From: Ignavibacteria bacterium
Lineage (GTDB): Bacteria; Bacteroidota; Ignavibacteria; Tepidaquicellales; Tepidaquicellaceae
Direction of reading: 5' to 3'
DNA: 64,000 nt
Assembly (NCBI GenBank): GCA_016716125.1
Contig: JADJWZ010000020.1
Location: 7,955-71,954 of the forward strand
Shown here: positions 35,848 through 44,497 of the stretch, piece after piece
How the letters are laid out: the number at the start of each line of letters is the position of its first letter
How positions within the stretch are numbered: position 1 is the first letter of the stretch
Position numbers and translations under genes: made by a program
Notes under the pieces: generated by a model
What the model saw: only the letters and a program-made list of their open reading frames with translations
Databases searched by the model: none
Told to the model about the DNA's origin: nothing

Positions 35848-37686
35848 TTGAATACAGACCAGTTTAAATATTCGCGGACTTCAGAAAAGTGGGAAAAGAT
35901 CGGAATCAGAAAACGAGCCGGTGTCGCGCTGCCGTTGTTTTCCGTCTATTCTTCTAAAAGCACCGGTATTGGAGAAATCCCGGATCTGCGTTATCTTATC
36001 GACTGGTGTGAAGCTACGGGTTTGTCAATACTTCAGCTTCTTCCCCTTAACGAAACAGGAAATGACTTTTCTCCATACAGCGCCATCAGCACTTTTGCAA
36101 TAGATCCCGTTTACATTTGCATCAGAAGACTCAGAAAAACGGACCTTACTCCTTTCAGAAAAGAGCTGCGTGAATTAAAAAAAAACTTTCCTAAAAAAAA
36201 CATAAAAGTAAATTACGATATAAGAAATGAAAAACTTAAACTGCTCAGAAAAATTTTTGATTCGGAATACTCATCCGGTTCCGAAAAGTTAGACCGGTTT
36301 GTGACTGACAATATTCAATGGCTGAAGTATTATGCCCTGTTTAAGATATTATCCGGTTTTCATCAGGGAAAAGCCTGGCAGGACTGGGAGTGGAAATATA
36401 AATATCTTTCTTCCGTAAATGCTGAAAGGATTTTAAAACAAAATGCGAAAGAAGTAAGATTTTATTACTGGGTTCAGTGGCAGTTATATGAACAGCTTAT
36501 TACTGTGAAAAAATATGCTGACAGGAAAAAAATATTTATTATGGGTGACATCCCTTTTCTTGTTTCGAAAAACAGCGCGGATGTTTGGGCTTACAAAAAT
36601 TATTTCAAACTTGATCTCTCATCCGGCGCGCCACCGGATATGTATTTTTCCAAAGGACAAAGGTGGGGAATGCCGCCGTATAACTGGTTTAATATTGCGG
36701 CTGATAATTATGCATACATCAGACATAGATTAAAGTATGCAGAGAATTTTTATAATATGTTCAGGATCGATCACTTCGTCGGACTGTTCAGAATATGGAG
36801 CATTGAAAATAAAACTCCGATAGAATACGGAGGAATGACAGGTCACTTTGATCCCGAAAATGAAAACGAATGGGAACATCACGGCAGAACAATATTATCC
36901 GAAATGAATCAAAGTACGGATATGCTTCCCTGCGCTGAAGATCTCGGAACGGTACCTGTTTGTTCTGATAAAATTCTAAAGGAATTCGGCGTCACAGGTA
37001 TAAGTGTGCAGCGATGGGAAAAAACTCCGGCTTTAAATTATAATTTCATTCCGCCGGAAAGATACAGATCCAATTCAGTTTCCGTATTATCCACTCATGA
37101 CTCAAGTCCTTTACCGGCATGGTATGAAACTGAAGCCGGCAGCACAGATGAAGATTCATTCAGAAAATTTTTTCAAGGAAACGGATTCAGTGAAGAAAGA
37201 ATATCAGAGCTTAAAAGTAAACTGTTTAATCCCGCGAAATCATCAGGCGCAAAGCTATACTGGAAAAAGGAAATTGCAAATGTATATGAACTTTTAAATA
37301 TAATAGAATTAAGTTATGATCATGCAAAGGAGTTTGTAGATTCTTATTTGTCAGGATATTCTGAAAAAATAAAATACTGCCGGTATATTGGATATGAAGG
37401 AAACAAAGAAATGCCGGTGACTGCGGAATTCATAAACAGATCAATTAAAAAAATATTCGAATGTAATTCCATTTTCAGCATACAGCTGATGCAGGAGTAT
37501 TTGTATCTGGATAAGGAGTTTCTGAATAATTACAGTTCGGCAGATTATAGAATCAACAGTCCCGGAACCGTGAATGATCAGAACTGGACTATGAGGATTC
37601 CGATGCCCCTCGAAGAAATTTTATCGTTACAAATAAATCCGGTCTTAAAAAAACTTGTAAGAGATTCAGACAGATTAGTTCAATAA
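35848..37686 (+). CDS. malQ: 4-alpha-glucanotransferase (amylomaltase, GH77)
   Basis: 612 aa. FRIDHFVGLFRIW, AEDLGTVP and STHDS motifs. The TTG start abuts the stop of the GH57 gene. Confidence 0.9.
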   Translation: MNTDQFKYSRTSEKWEKIGIRKRAGVALPLFSVYSSKSTGIGEIPDLRYLIDWCEATGLSILQLLPLNETGNDFSPYSAISTFAIDPVYICIRRLRKTDLTPFRKELRELKKNFPKKNIKVNYDIRNEKLKLLRKIFDSEYSSGSEKLDRFVTDNIQWLKYYALFKILSGFHQGKAWQDWEWKYKYLSSVNAERILKQNAKEVRFYYWVQWQLYEQLITVKKYADRKKIFIMGDIPFLVSKNSADVWAYKNYFKLDLSSGAPPDMYFSKGQRWGMPPYNWFNIAADNYAYIRHRLKYAENFYNMFRIDHFVGLFRIWSIENKTPIEYGGMTGHFDPENENEWEHHGRTILSEMNQSTDMLPCAEDLGTVPVCSDKILKEFGVTGISVQRWEKTPALNYNFIPPERYRSNSVSVLSTHDSSPLPAWYETEAGSTDEDSFRKFFQGNGFSEERISELKSKLFNPAKSSGAKLYWKKEIANVYELLNIIELSYDHAKEFVDSYLSGYSEKIKYCRYIGYEGNKEMPVTAEFINRSIKKIFECNSIFSIQLMQEYLYLDKEFLNNYSSADYRINSPGTVNDQNWTMRIPMPLEEILSLQINPVLKKLVRDSDRLVQ

Positions 37687-37701
37687 AATAAATAACAAGT
37701 A

Positions 37702-38202
37702 ATGAAAAAGACATCTGAACAATGGATACAAGAGCTTGATATGAAACCTCATCCCGAAGGAGGATTTTTTAAAGAAGTGTACAGATCCGGTCTTTCAGTA
37801 AAAAAGGAACACCTTCCTGATGAGTTCAGCGGGGACAGAAATATATCAACATCTATATATTATCTTCTGTCAGAAAATGATAAATCCAGGTTTCACAGGA
37901 TATTATCGGATGAGCTGTGGCATTTTTATGACGGCAGCACTTTGCTGATCTTTGAAATTGAATCAAACGGTCTATTAAAAATAAATCGCCTGGGTATGAA
38001 TACTGAAGAGGGGGATCTTCCTCAGGTTGTAATAAAAGCCGGAAACTGGTTTGGAGCGGTATTGCAGAATAAGAATTCATACTGTCTCGCGGGATGTACA
38101 GTATCTCCGGGATTTCATTTTGAAGATTTCGAACTGGCAGACAGGGGAGAGCTGCTAAAAACTTTTCCTGAGCATACGGATATTATTAAATTACTTACAT
38201 AG
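37702..38202 (+). CDS. cupin superfamily protein, DUF985 (Cupin_5) type
   Basis: 166 aa. HPEGGFFKEVYRS N-terminal signature. Confidence 0.8.
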   Translation: MKKTSEQWIQELDMKPHPEGGFFKEVYRSGLSVKKEHLPDEFSGDRNISTSIYYLLSENDKSRFHRILSDELWHFYDGSTLLIFEIESNGLLKINRLGMNTEEGDLPQVVIKAGNWFGAVLQNKNSYCLAGCTVSPGFHFEDFELADRGELLKTFPEHTDIIKLLT

Positions 38203-38237
38203 TTTTTAAAATATTTTTCAAAATTATAAAACAGATC

Positions 38238-38672
38238 ATGGATAAATATATGACGGAAGCGATTATCGAAGCGAGAAAAGGACTTTCCGAAGGCGGCATT
38301 CCAATCGGATCAGTTCTGGTAAAAGACAATGTGATCATAGGCAGGGGGCATAACCGTAGAGTTCAGAATAATGATCCGGTTATACATGCTGAGATCGACT
38401 GTCTGCAAAATGCCGGCAGAATAGGCGTTTACAAAGATACTGTTTTGTATTCCACTCTGATGCCGTGCTATCTGTGCGCAGGCGCGAGCGTTCAGTTCGG
38501 AATTAAAAAAATCATTGCCGGCGAGGATGAGACATTCAGCGGTGCGCGTGAATTTATGGAGTCGCACGGAATTGAAGTAATAAATCTTGATCTCAAAGAA
38601 TGCAAAGATCTGATGAAGGAATTCATAGATAAAAATCCAAAACTCTGGTTTGAAGATATCGGCGAGTTGTAA
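38238..38672 (+). CDS. CDA-fold nucleoside/cytosine deaminase, yeast Fcy1-like
   Basis: 144 aa. Zinc motifs HAEIDCL and PCYLCAGA. The C-terminal FIDKNPKLWFEDIGEL resembles the Fcy1 C-terminus as recalled. Confidence 0.8.
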   Translation: MDKYMTEAIIEARKGLSEGGIPIGSVLVKDNVIIGRGHNRRVQNNDPVIHAEIDCLQNAGRIGVYKDTVLYSTLMPCYLCAGASVQFGIKKIIAGEDETFSGAREFMESHGIEVINLDLKECKDLMKEFIDKNPKLWFEDIGEL

Positions 38673-38759
38673 CTTAATTTTTTTCATTACATCTTTATCT
38701 GTTTCAAGTATCCGCAATAAATTTTAAGTTTATAAAATTTTTAAAAAAAATTACGATTA

Positions 38760-40166
38760 ATGCTGAAGCTTTTTAATACACTTTCCAGATCAAAAGAAGA
38801 ATTTATTCCTGTCAGCCCCGGTAAAACCGGAATGTACAGCTGCGGACCTACGGTTTATGATTATCAGCATATCGGAAACTTCAGGACTTTCTTTTTTGAA
38901 GATATTTTGCTGAGAGTATTAAAGTATAACGGATATGAAGTAAAGTATGTAATGAATATTACCGATGTAGGTCATCTTGTTTCGGATCAGGATGAAGGCG
39001 AAGATAAGATGGAAAAATCAGCAAAGCATCTCGGCAAAAGTGTGTGGGAACTTTCGGAATATTACACCGGAGTTTTTTTCAGGGACAGGGATCTGCTGAA
39101 TATTTTTCCGCCGGATATTTATACTAAAGCTACAGATTACATTAAAGAGCAGATCGATATGGTGAAATGTCTTGAGGAAAAAGGATTCACTTACAAAACG
39201 TCTGACGGAATTTATTTTGATACATCGCTTTTAAAAGATTACGGGAAACTTGCAAAGCTCGATATTGGAGGATTAAAAGAAGGAGCGAGAATAGAATTTT
39301 CAGCCGAGAAAAAAAATATCACAGACTTTGCCTTATGGAAACTATCTCCGGAAAATGAGAAGCGACAGATGGAATGGGAATCGCCATGGGGAATGGGATT
39401 TCCAGGCTGGCATATTGAGTGCTCGGCAATGAGCAAGGCGATACTCGGAAAACATTTTGACATACACTGCGGAGGAGTGGATCACATTCCTATTCATCAT
39501 ACAAATGAGATAGCGCAGTCTGAAGCGTGTAACGGCGAGAAGTTTGTGAATTACTGGCTGCACGGGGAATTTCTCGATATGGGAAATGAAAAAATGTCGA
39601 AGTCAACGGGCAGGTTCATTACGCTGCAGACTTTGATTGACAAAGGATATTCACCTCTTGACTATAGATTTTTTCTGCTGACTGCGCATTATAGACGAAA
39701 GCAAAAATTTACTTTTGAAGCTCTTGATGCTGCTAAAAACGGTTACAATAATCTGAAGAGCCGGGTGCTTAATATGAAAACAACCGGTGGAGAATTAAGA
39801 GATGCTTCGGCTCAGATAATTTCAGATTACAAAAAAAGTTTTAAGGAAAAAATTAATGACGATCTGAATATGCCGGAAGCAATGGCAGTTCTCTGGGAAG
39901 CTGTTAAAGACAACTCACTTAATGACGGCGAGAAGCTTCATTTAATTTATGATTTTGATAAAGTATTCGGATTAGGGTTAGAATCTTTTAATTTCAATGA
40001 AGGGAATACTGAAATTCCGGATGAAATAAAAAAGCTTGCAGAGATAAGAACAGAAGCCAAATCACAAAAGGATTTTAAAAAAGCTGATGAGATCAGGCAG
40101 CTCGTAAAGCAAAAAGGTTACGATATTTCCGACAGTAAAGACGGATTTACTATTAAAAAAATCTGA
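38760..40166 (+). CDS. cysS: cysteine--tRNA ligase
   Basis: 468 aa. HIGN and KMSKS class I signatures. GWHIECSAM segment. Confidence 0.95.
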   Translation: MLKLFNTLSRSKEEFIPVSPGKTGMYSCGPTVYDYQHIGNFRTFFFEDILLRVLKYNGYEVKYVMNITDVGHLVSDQDEGEDKMEKSAKHLGKSVWELSEYYTGVFFRDRDLLNIFPPDIYTKATDYIKEQIDMVKCLEEKGFTYKTSDGIYFDTSLLKDYGKLAKLDIGGLKEGARIEFSAEKKNITDFALWKLSPENEKRQMEWESPWGMGFPGWHIECSAMSKAILGKHFDIHCGGVDHIPIHHTNEIAQSEACNGEKFVNYWLHGEFLDMGNEKMSKSTGRFITLQTLIDKGYSPLDYRFFLLTAHYRRKQKFTFEALDAAKNGYNNLKSRVLNMKTTGGELRDASAQIISDYKKSFKEKINDDLNMPEAMAVLWEAVKDNSLNDGEKLHLIYDFDKVFGLGLESFNFNEGNTEIPDEIKKLAEIRTEAKSQKDFKKADEIRQLVKQKGYDISDSKDGFTIKKI

Positions 40167-40192
40167 GAATCATAAATGTCAAATTCCGAAAA

Positions 40193-40774
40193 TCAATTAA
40201 GCGCTTCCGCCCATATTGAATTAGGAACAACCTTTTCTATTTCCAGATAGAAATTATGTATACCCTGCGAATATTTTTCACTGACTCTGTTTGGGATTAA
40301 AATTATAGGTCTTTTGCCTTTTGTTTTAAAACCTCTTTCATCTCTGTTATAATTTTCATCTTCGTCATTCTCGCCTCTGAGTTTCTTTTTCAATTCGGAT
40401 CTTTTAACATATTCTTCCGTGAGCTGGTCATAATTCATAGATATAGTTGCGTTATAAACAGGACCGCCGATCAGATTTTTTTCCGAATTCAATTCATCTA
40501 TACTTAAATCCATCACACCGCTTTTAATAAATGCAGAGTTAAGTTTGTTAAGATTCTTTTTGCTTACACTGAAATTATAACTTTTTGTTGTCCCCGCTTT
40601 TGTAAAATCCAATACACCAGTTCCGTCAGCGTTGATCTTTATATTATAGTTATACTGATATTCAGGAGAGACAGGACCGGTGGAATGAAAGTAAGAAATT
40701 TCAAACCATTTGTAATCAGCGAAGGTATTATTAAAACATATAAAAATAATTGCAAGAGTAAAAAGTTTTTTCAT
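40193..40774 (-). CDS. hypothetical secreted protein, paralog of 40790..41320
   Basis: Signal peptide MKKLFTLAIIFICFNNTFA. Shared block SYFHSTGPVSPEYQYNYNIKIN. Confidence 0.7.
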   Translation of the reverse strand: MKKLFTLAIIFICFNNTFADYKWFEISYFHSTGPVSPEYQYNYNIKINADGTGVLDFTKAGTTKSYNFSVSKKNLNKLNSAFIKSGVMDLSIDELNSEKNLIGGPVYNATISMNYDQLTEEYVKRSELKKKLRGENDEDENYNRDERGFKTKGKRPIILIPNRVSEKYSQGIHNFYLEIEKVVPNSIWAEALN

Positions 40775-40789
40775 AAATTATGTTAATTT

Positions 40790-41320
40790 TTATTTTATAA
40801 ATTCAAGCATTATTTCATTGGGAACAAGATTTTCAATTTTTTTATAAATGCAGTTTATGTCATCAAAATATTCATCCTTAATATGCACCGGAATAGTGAT
40901 GGTAGTTGGTCTGGCATCCAGATCAGGCGCCTGCCACATTGTAACTTCGAGAGTGCTGACAGAGCCGCCCATTAAATTCATTTCAGACTTCATTGAATCA
41001 GGACTTACGGAAAAGACATCGCTTATCTTAAAATATTTGTTGAATTTCTCCATAGCTTCTGCGCTCACAGTAAAATTTCTTTCACGGCTTCCCTCAGTAT
41101 TTGTATAATAGAATACACCTTCGCCGGATTCGTTAAGATTGATCCTGTAACTGTACTGATATTCCGGAGAGACGGGACCGTTTGAAAAATAATAGGACAG
41201 AGTTGCCCAGTTTGTATTCTGTGAGTATAATCCTGAAGAAATAAACATCATTATTACTGAGAAACATATTTTTTTTAGAGTCAGCATAATTTTATTTTTT
41301 ACAAATATATAGATAAACAT
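40790..41320 (-). CDS. hypothetical secreted protein, paralog of 40193..40774 (likely start at internal Met, MLTLKKICF)
   Basis: Signal peptide. Shared block SYYFSNGPVSPEYQYSYRINLN. Confidence 0.7.
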   Translation of the reverse strand: MFIYIFVKNKIMLTLKKICFSVIMMFISSGLYSQNTNWATLSYYFSNGPVSPEYQYSYRINLNESGEGVFYYTNTEGSRERNFTVSAEAMEKFNKYFKISDVFSVSPDSMKSEMNLMGGSVSTLEVTMWQAPDLDARPTTITIPVHIKDEYFDDINCIYKKIENLVPNEIMLEFIK

Positions 41321-41470
41321 TAAAAATTATAATGATAATATATTTTAAATACATTTATATTTTGTCAGATAATTTTCACAAAATATTAGCTATTGAATTT
41401 TATTTTTAAAAATGCAATTTAATTTTTTAAGAATTGAATCTGCAAGTTTGTTTTACGAATTTGACATCGT

Positions 41471-42667
41471 TTGAAAAAAATTCCACTCACAAATATCAAA
41501 ATAACTAAACTCTTCAGAGAGTTTTACGAAAGTGAAAAGACTTCCGGATTATTGCTGATGCTTTGCACGGTAATTTCTCTAATCATTGCCAATTCTTATT
41601 TCGGTCCCGCGTATCTGAATTTCTGGGAAACTAAGATCGGATTTACATCGGATGCAGTCAAATTATATTATCCTGTTTATTACTGGATCAACGACGGGCT
41701 CATGGCAGTATTTTTTCTGCTGATAGGTTTGGAGATAGAGCGTGAAATTTATATCGGCGAACTGTCAAAACTTAATGATGCATTGTTTCCTATAATTGCA
41801 GCCGCCGGAGGTATTATTGTTCCGGCTCTCATTCACCTCTCGCTGAATATTGGAACTGAAACACAATCGGGTATAGCTATTCCGATGGCGACAGATATAG
41901 CATTTGCGCTTGGCATACTTTCTTTACTCGGAAACAAAGTGCCTGTGAGGATAAAAATTTTTCTGACTGCTCTTGCTATAGCCGACGATCTCGGCGCAAT
42001 TATTATAATTGCAGTTTTTTACTCAAAAGGATTTTCCATTTTCTATTTTTCAATGGCTGCCGTGCTGTTTTTGATCATGCTGATCATGAATCGGAAAAAA
42101 GTAAATATACTTTATCTGTATTTAATACTCGGCGTATTTATGTGGTACTTTATGCTGAAATCCGGAGTACATGCAACAATAGCAGGCGTGCTTCTGGCTT
42201 TTGCCATTCCGTTTGGAAAAGGTGATTCAAAATCCATTTCATATAAACTTCAGCACGGACTTCATAAACCCGTTGCGTTTATAGTGCTTCCGCTGTTCGC
42301 TCTGGCAAATACAGGCATTATACTCAGCGGCGACTGGACATCCGGATTTCTTAACAGCAATACAATAGGAATAATGGCAGGACTCTTAATCGGAAAACCT
42401 GCCGGCATATTTTTATTCAGTTATCTTTCAGTCAAAACCGGAATCGTAAAATTTATTCATAAACCTGACTGGAAGAATATATTAGGCGCTGGTGTCTTAG
42501 GAGGAATAGGATTTACTATGTCAATTTTCATTACTCTTCTTGCATTCGAAAGGAATGAAAATATTATAAATTCCAAAATTGCAATTCTTATTTCATCACT
42601 GCTTGCCGGTTTCACCGGATTCTTCCTGCTGAAATTTAATAACCGGAAAAACAAAACTGATTCTTAA
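41471..42667 (+). CDS. nhaA: Na+/H+ antiporter NhaA
   Basis: 398 aa polytopic protein. PMATDIAFALGILSLLG and LAIADDLGAIIIIA motifs. Confidence 0.92.
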   Translation: MKKIPLTNIKITKLFREFYESEKTSGLLLMLCTVISLIIANSYFGPAYLNFWETKIGFTSDAVKLYYPVYYWINDGLMAVFFLLIGLEIEREIYIGELSKLNDALFPIIAAAGGIIVPALIHLSLNIGTETQSGIAIPMATDIAFALGILSLLGNKVPVRIKIFLTALAIADDLGAIIIIAVFYSKGFSIFYFSMAAVLFLIMLIMNRKKVNILYLYLILGVFMWYFMLKSGVHATIAGVLLAFAIPFGKGDSKSISYKLQHGLHKPVAFIVLPLFALANTGIILSGDWTSGFLNSNTIGIMAGLLIGKPAGIFLFSYLSVKTGIVKFIHKPDWKNILGAGVLGGIGFTMSIFITLLAFERNENIINSKIAILISSLLAGFTGFFLLKFNNRKNKTDS

Positions 42668-42672
42668 ATATT

Positions 42673-43362
42673 TCAAAAACTGTAACCGAATAACTCAATA
42701 TCCATTGAATACCTTTCTTTAACCTTGTTTGCAGTTCGGGAGTCATAATAATCTTTATAATGAGTTCTTTCCTGTTTGTGTACATGCGGAAGTTCAGTAA
42801 CCGGAGCATTCATAACTTCACAGATATATGGAAAGTGAGTATCAATTTTTTCAAATCTTCCGACAAAGTCGACACATTTATTTCGCCTGTTGTCATAAAA
42901 AAAAGTATACTGTGACCGAAAATGCGCATCTGCGTTTTCATCTGAAATTTCAGTTATGGAGTTTACGAAATCTTTGAAAGACATTTCCGACCAGAACAAT
43001 TCACCGTATCTCCAGAAATTATTCTCAACTCCTTTTCTCCAGTTATATCCGTCATCATAATCTTCCGTTTTTATCTTACTCAGCCAGCAGGAAAGAAGTC
43101 TGTCCCATGGATTTCTGATAAAGCAAAATTTAAAATGATTCGGGTATAAATTCAAAGCGCTGTTTCCGGTTATCATAGGAAGATCAAGCTCGTGTACGTA
43201 TTCCCACTTACTTCTGTCAAATTCTTTACCGAGTAGTTCAGCGATCCATATTTTAAAAGATGTACAGGCTACTTTTGGAATTTCAGTATATATAGTTTTA
43301 TAATCATTTATCATAAAAAACCTGGTAGATTCTATTAAAGATGTTTTAGACGATGCGTTCAT
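42673..43362 (-). CDS. sulfotransferase family 2-like protein
   Basis: 229 aa. IPKVACTSFK (PAPS-binding-loop-like) and FIRNPWDRLLS segments. Confidence 0.6.
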   Translation of the reverse strand: MNASSKTSLIESTRFFMINDYKTIYTEIPKVACTSFKIWIAELLGKEFDRSKWEYVHELDLPMITGNSALNLYPNHFKFCFIRNPWDRLLSCWLSKIKTEDYDDGYNWRKGVENNFWRYGELFWSEMSFKDFVNSITEISDENADAHFRSQYTFFYDNRRNKCVDFVGRFEKIDTHFPYICEVMNAPVTELPHVHKQERTHYKDYYDSRTANKVKERYSMDIELFGYSF

Positions 43363-43589
43363 GAATTACAATTTTATTTTTAAAATTTAAAATTGTCTTT
43401 CAACAGGTTTAACTTTAATTTTTGATCTGGGGAATTGGGATTCCGAAGTTACGGAATTGAGAAATTTTGTAAGTATAATTACTTGTATAAAATATAACAT
43501 TTAACTTGCGTATATGAAACAGTAAATAAATTTATACAAATCTATATTCTGAAAAATATGATTTATGACCTAAGTTATTGAGAAGGAAA

Positions 43590-43623
43590 TAAAAAAAATA
43601 CGCCGTAATAATTCACGGCGTAT
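43590..43623 (-). terminator. rho-independent terminator (minus strand)
   Basis: Stem atacgccgt/acggcgtat. On the minus strand it is followed by T8-9. Lies 25 nt after the stop of 43648..44322. Confidence 0.8.
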
Positions 43624-43647
43624 TTTAATGATTATTTTAAATGAAAA

Positions 43648-44322
43648 TTATTTACTGTCTGCAGAAACTGTCATATACTCTTTTTGAACATAACCTGAAA
43701 TAAATCCGGAATCAGTATTTATTTTCAACGCCTGGTCTATGAGCTCTTTTGCTTTGGAAAGATCCCCGTCATCGTTTCTTTTCATAAAACTCAACGCTAA
43801 ATAGCCAAGCGCCATATCATATCCCCAGTCCGGATACAGTTCGCTTTTTTCCTTACGTGTTTTAAAAAGTTCAGCAGATTTTTCTAGTGTAGGTATCGCC
43901 ATTTTTATGCCGCCTCCGAATGCTTCGGGAGTATAGAATTGTGATATACCGGTTACAAGAACGTATCTCGGATTATCTGCATCAAGTTTTTTTGCCTCTG
44001 CATCAGCGCTTTGAGTAGCTGCAATTATCTCCTGCATTTTTTCCTGTTCATACTGCCATCTGTTAAAATTCAGACTCTCAAGCAGAACATACGAATCACA
44101 AAACTCCGGATTTTCATCAATGGATTTATTGATCACGTTTATACCGGACTCTGTATATTTTTTTATTGTTTCCTTATCTTCTGTTCTCATACCCGTTGTT
44201 GCAAGTCCGTAATCGGCAAGAGCAATGTAGTAATTTACAAGCCACGGCTGTTGCTTCAGCTGAAGCATTCTTTCGAACTGACCTCTCGCTTTTTTTAGAA
44301 TCGCTTCATCGCTTTTGTCCAT
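43648..44322 (-). CDS. TPR-like helical repeat protein; its signal peptide lies upstream (44447..44344) in another frame
   Basis: 224-aa helical ORF. Upstream, AGGAG + ATG (44447) encodes MKLKTISAILLMFALLTGFNSVRADSDFEKAILKGKK, which is shifted relative to the ORF at a T7 run. Confidence 0.75.
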   Translation of the reverse strand: MDKSDEAILKKARGQFERMLQLKQQPWLVNYYIALADYGLATTGMRTEDKETIKKYTESGINVINKSIDENPEFCDSYVLLESLNFNRWQYEQEKMQEIIAATQSADAEAKKLDADNPRYVLVTGISQFYTPEAFGGGIKMAIPTLEKSAELFKTRKEKSELYPDWGYDMALGYLALSFMKRNDDGDLSKAKELIDQALKINTDSGFISGYVQKEYMTVSADSK

Positions 44323-44497
44323 TCCTTCTTTAAGGGTTTTTTTCCTTTGAGAATTGCTTTCTCAAAGTCCGAATCCGCCCGGACAGAATTAAATCCTGTA
44401 AGTAATGCGAACATTAGTAAAATTGCTGAGATTGTTTTTAGTTTCATTTCAATTTCTCCTTTTGAAATTATTTAATTAGTTTGTAAAAAATTTGATA

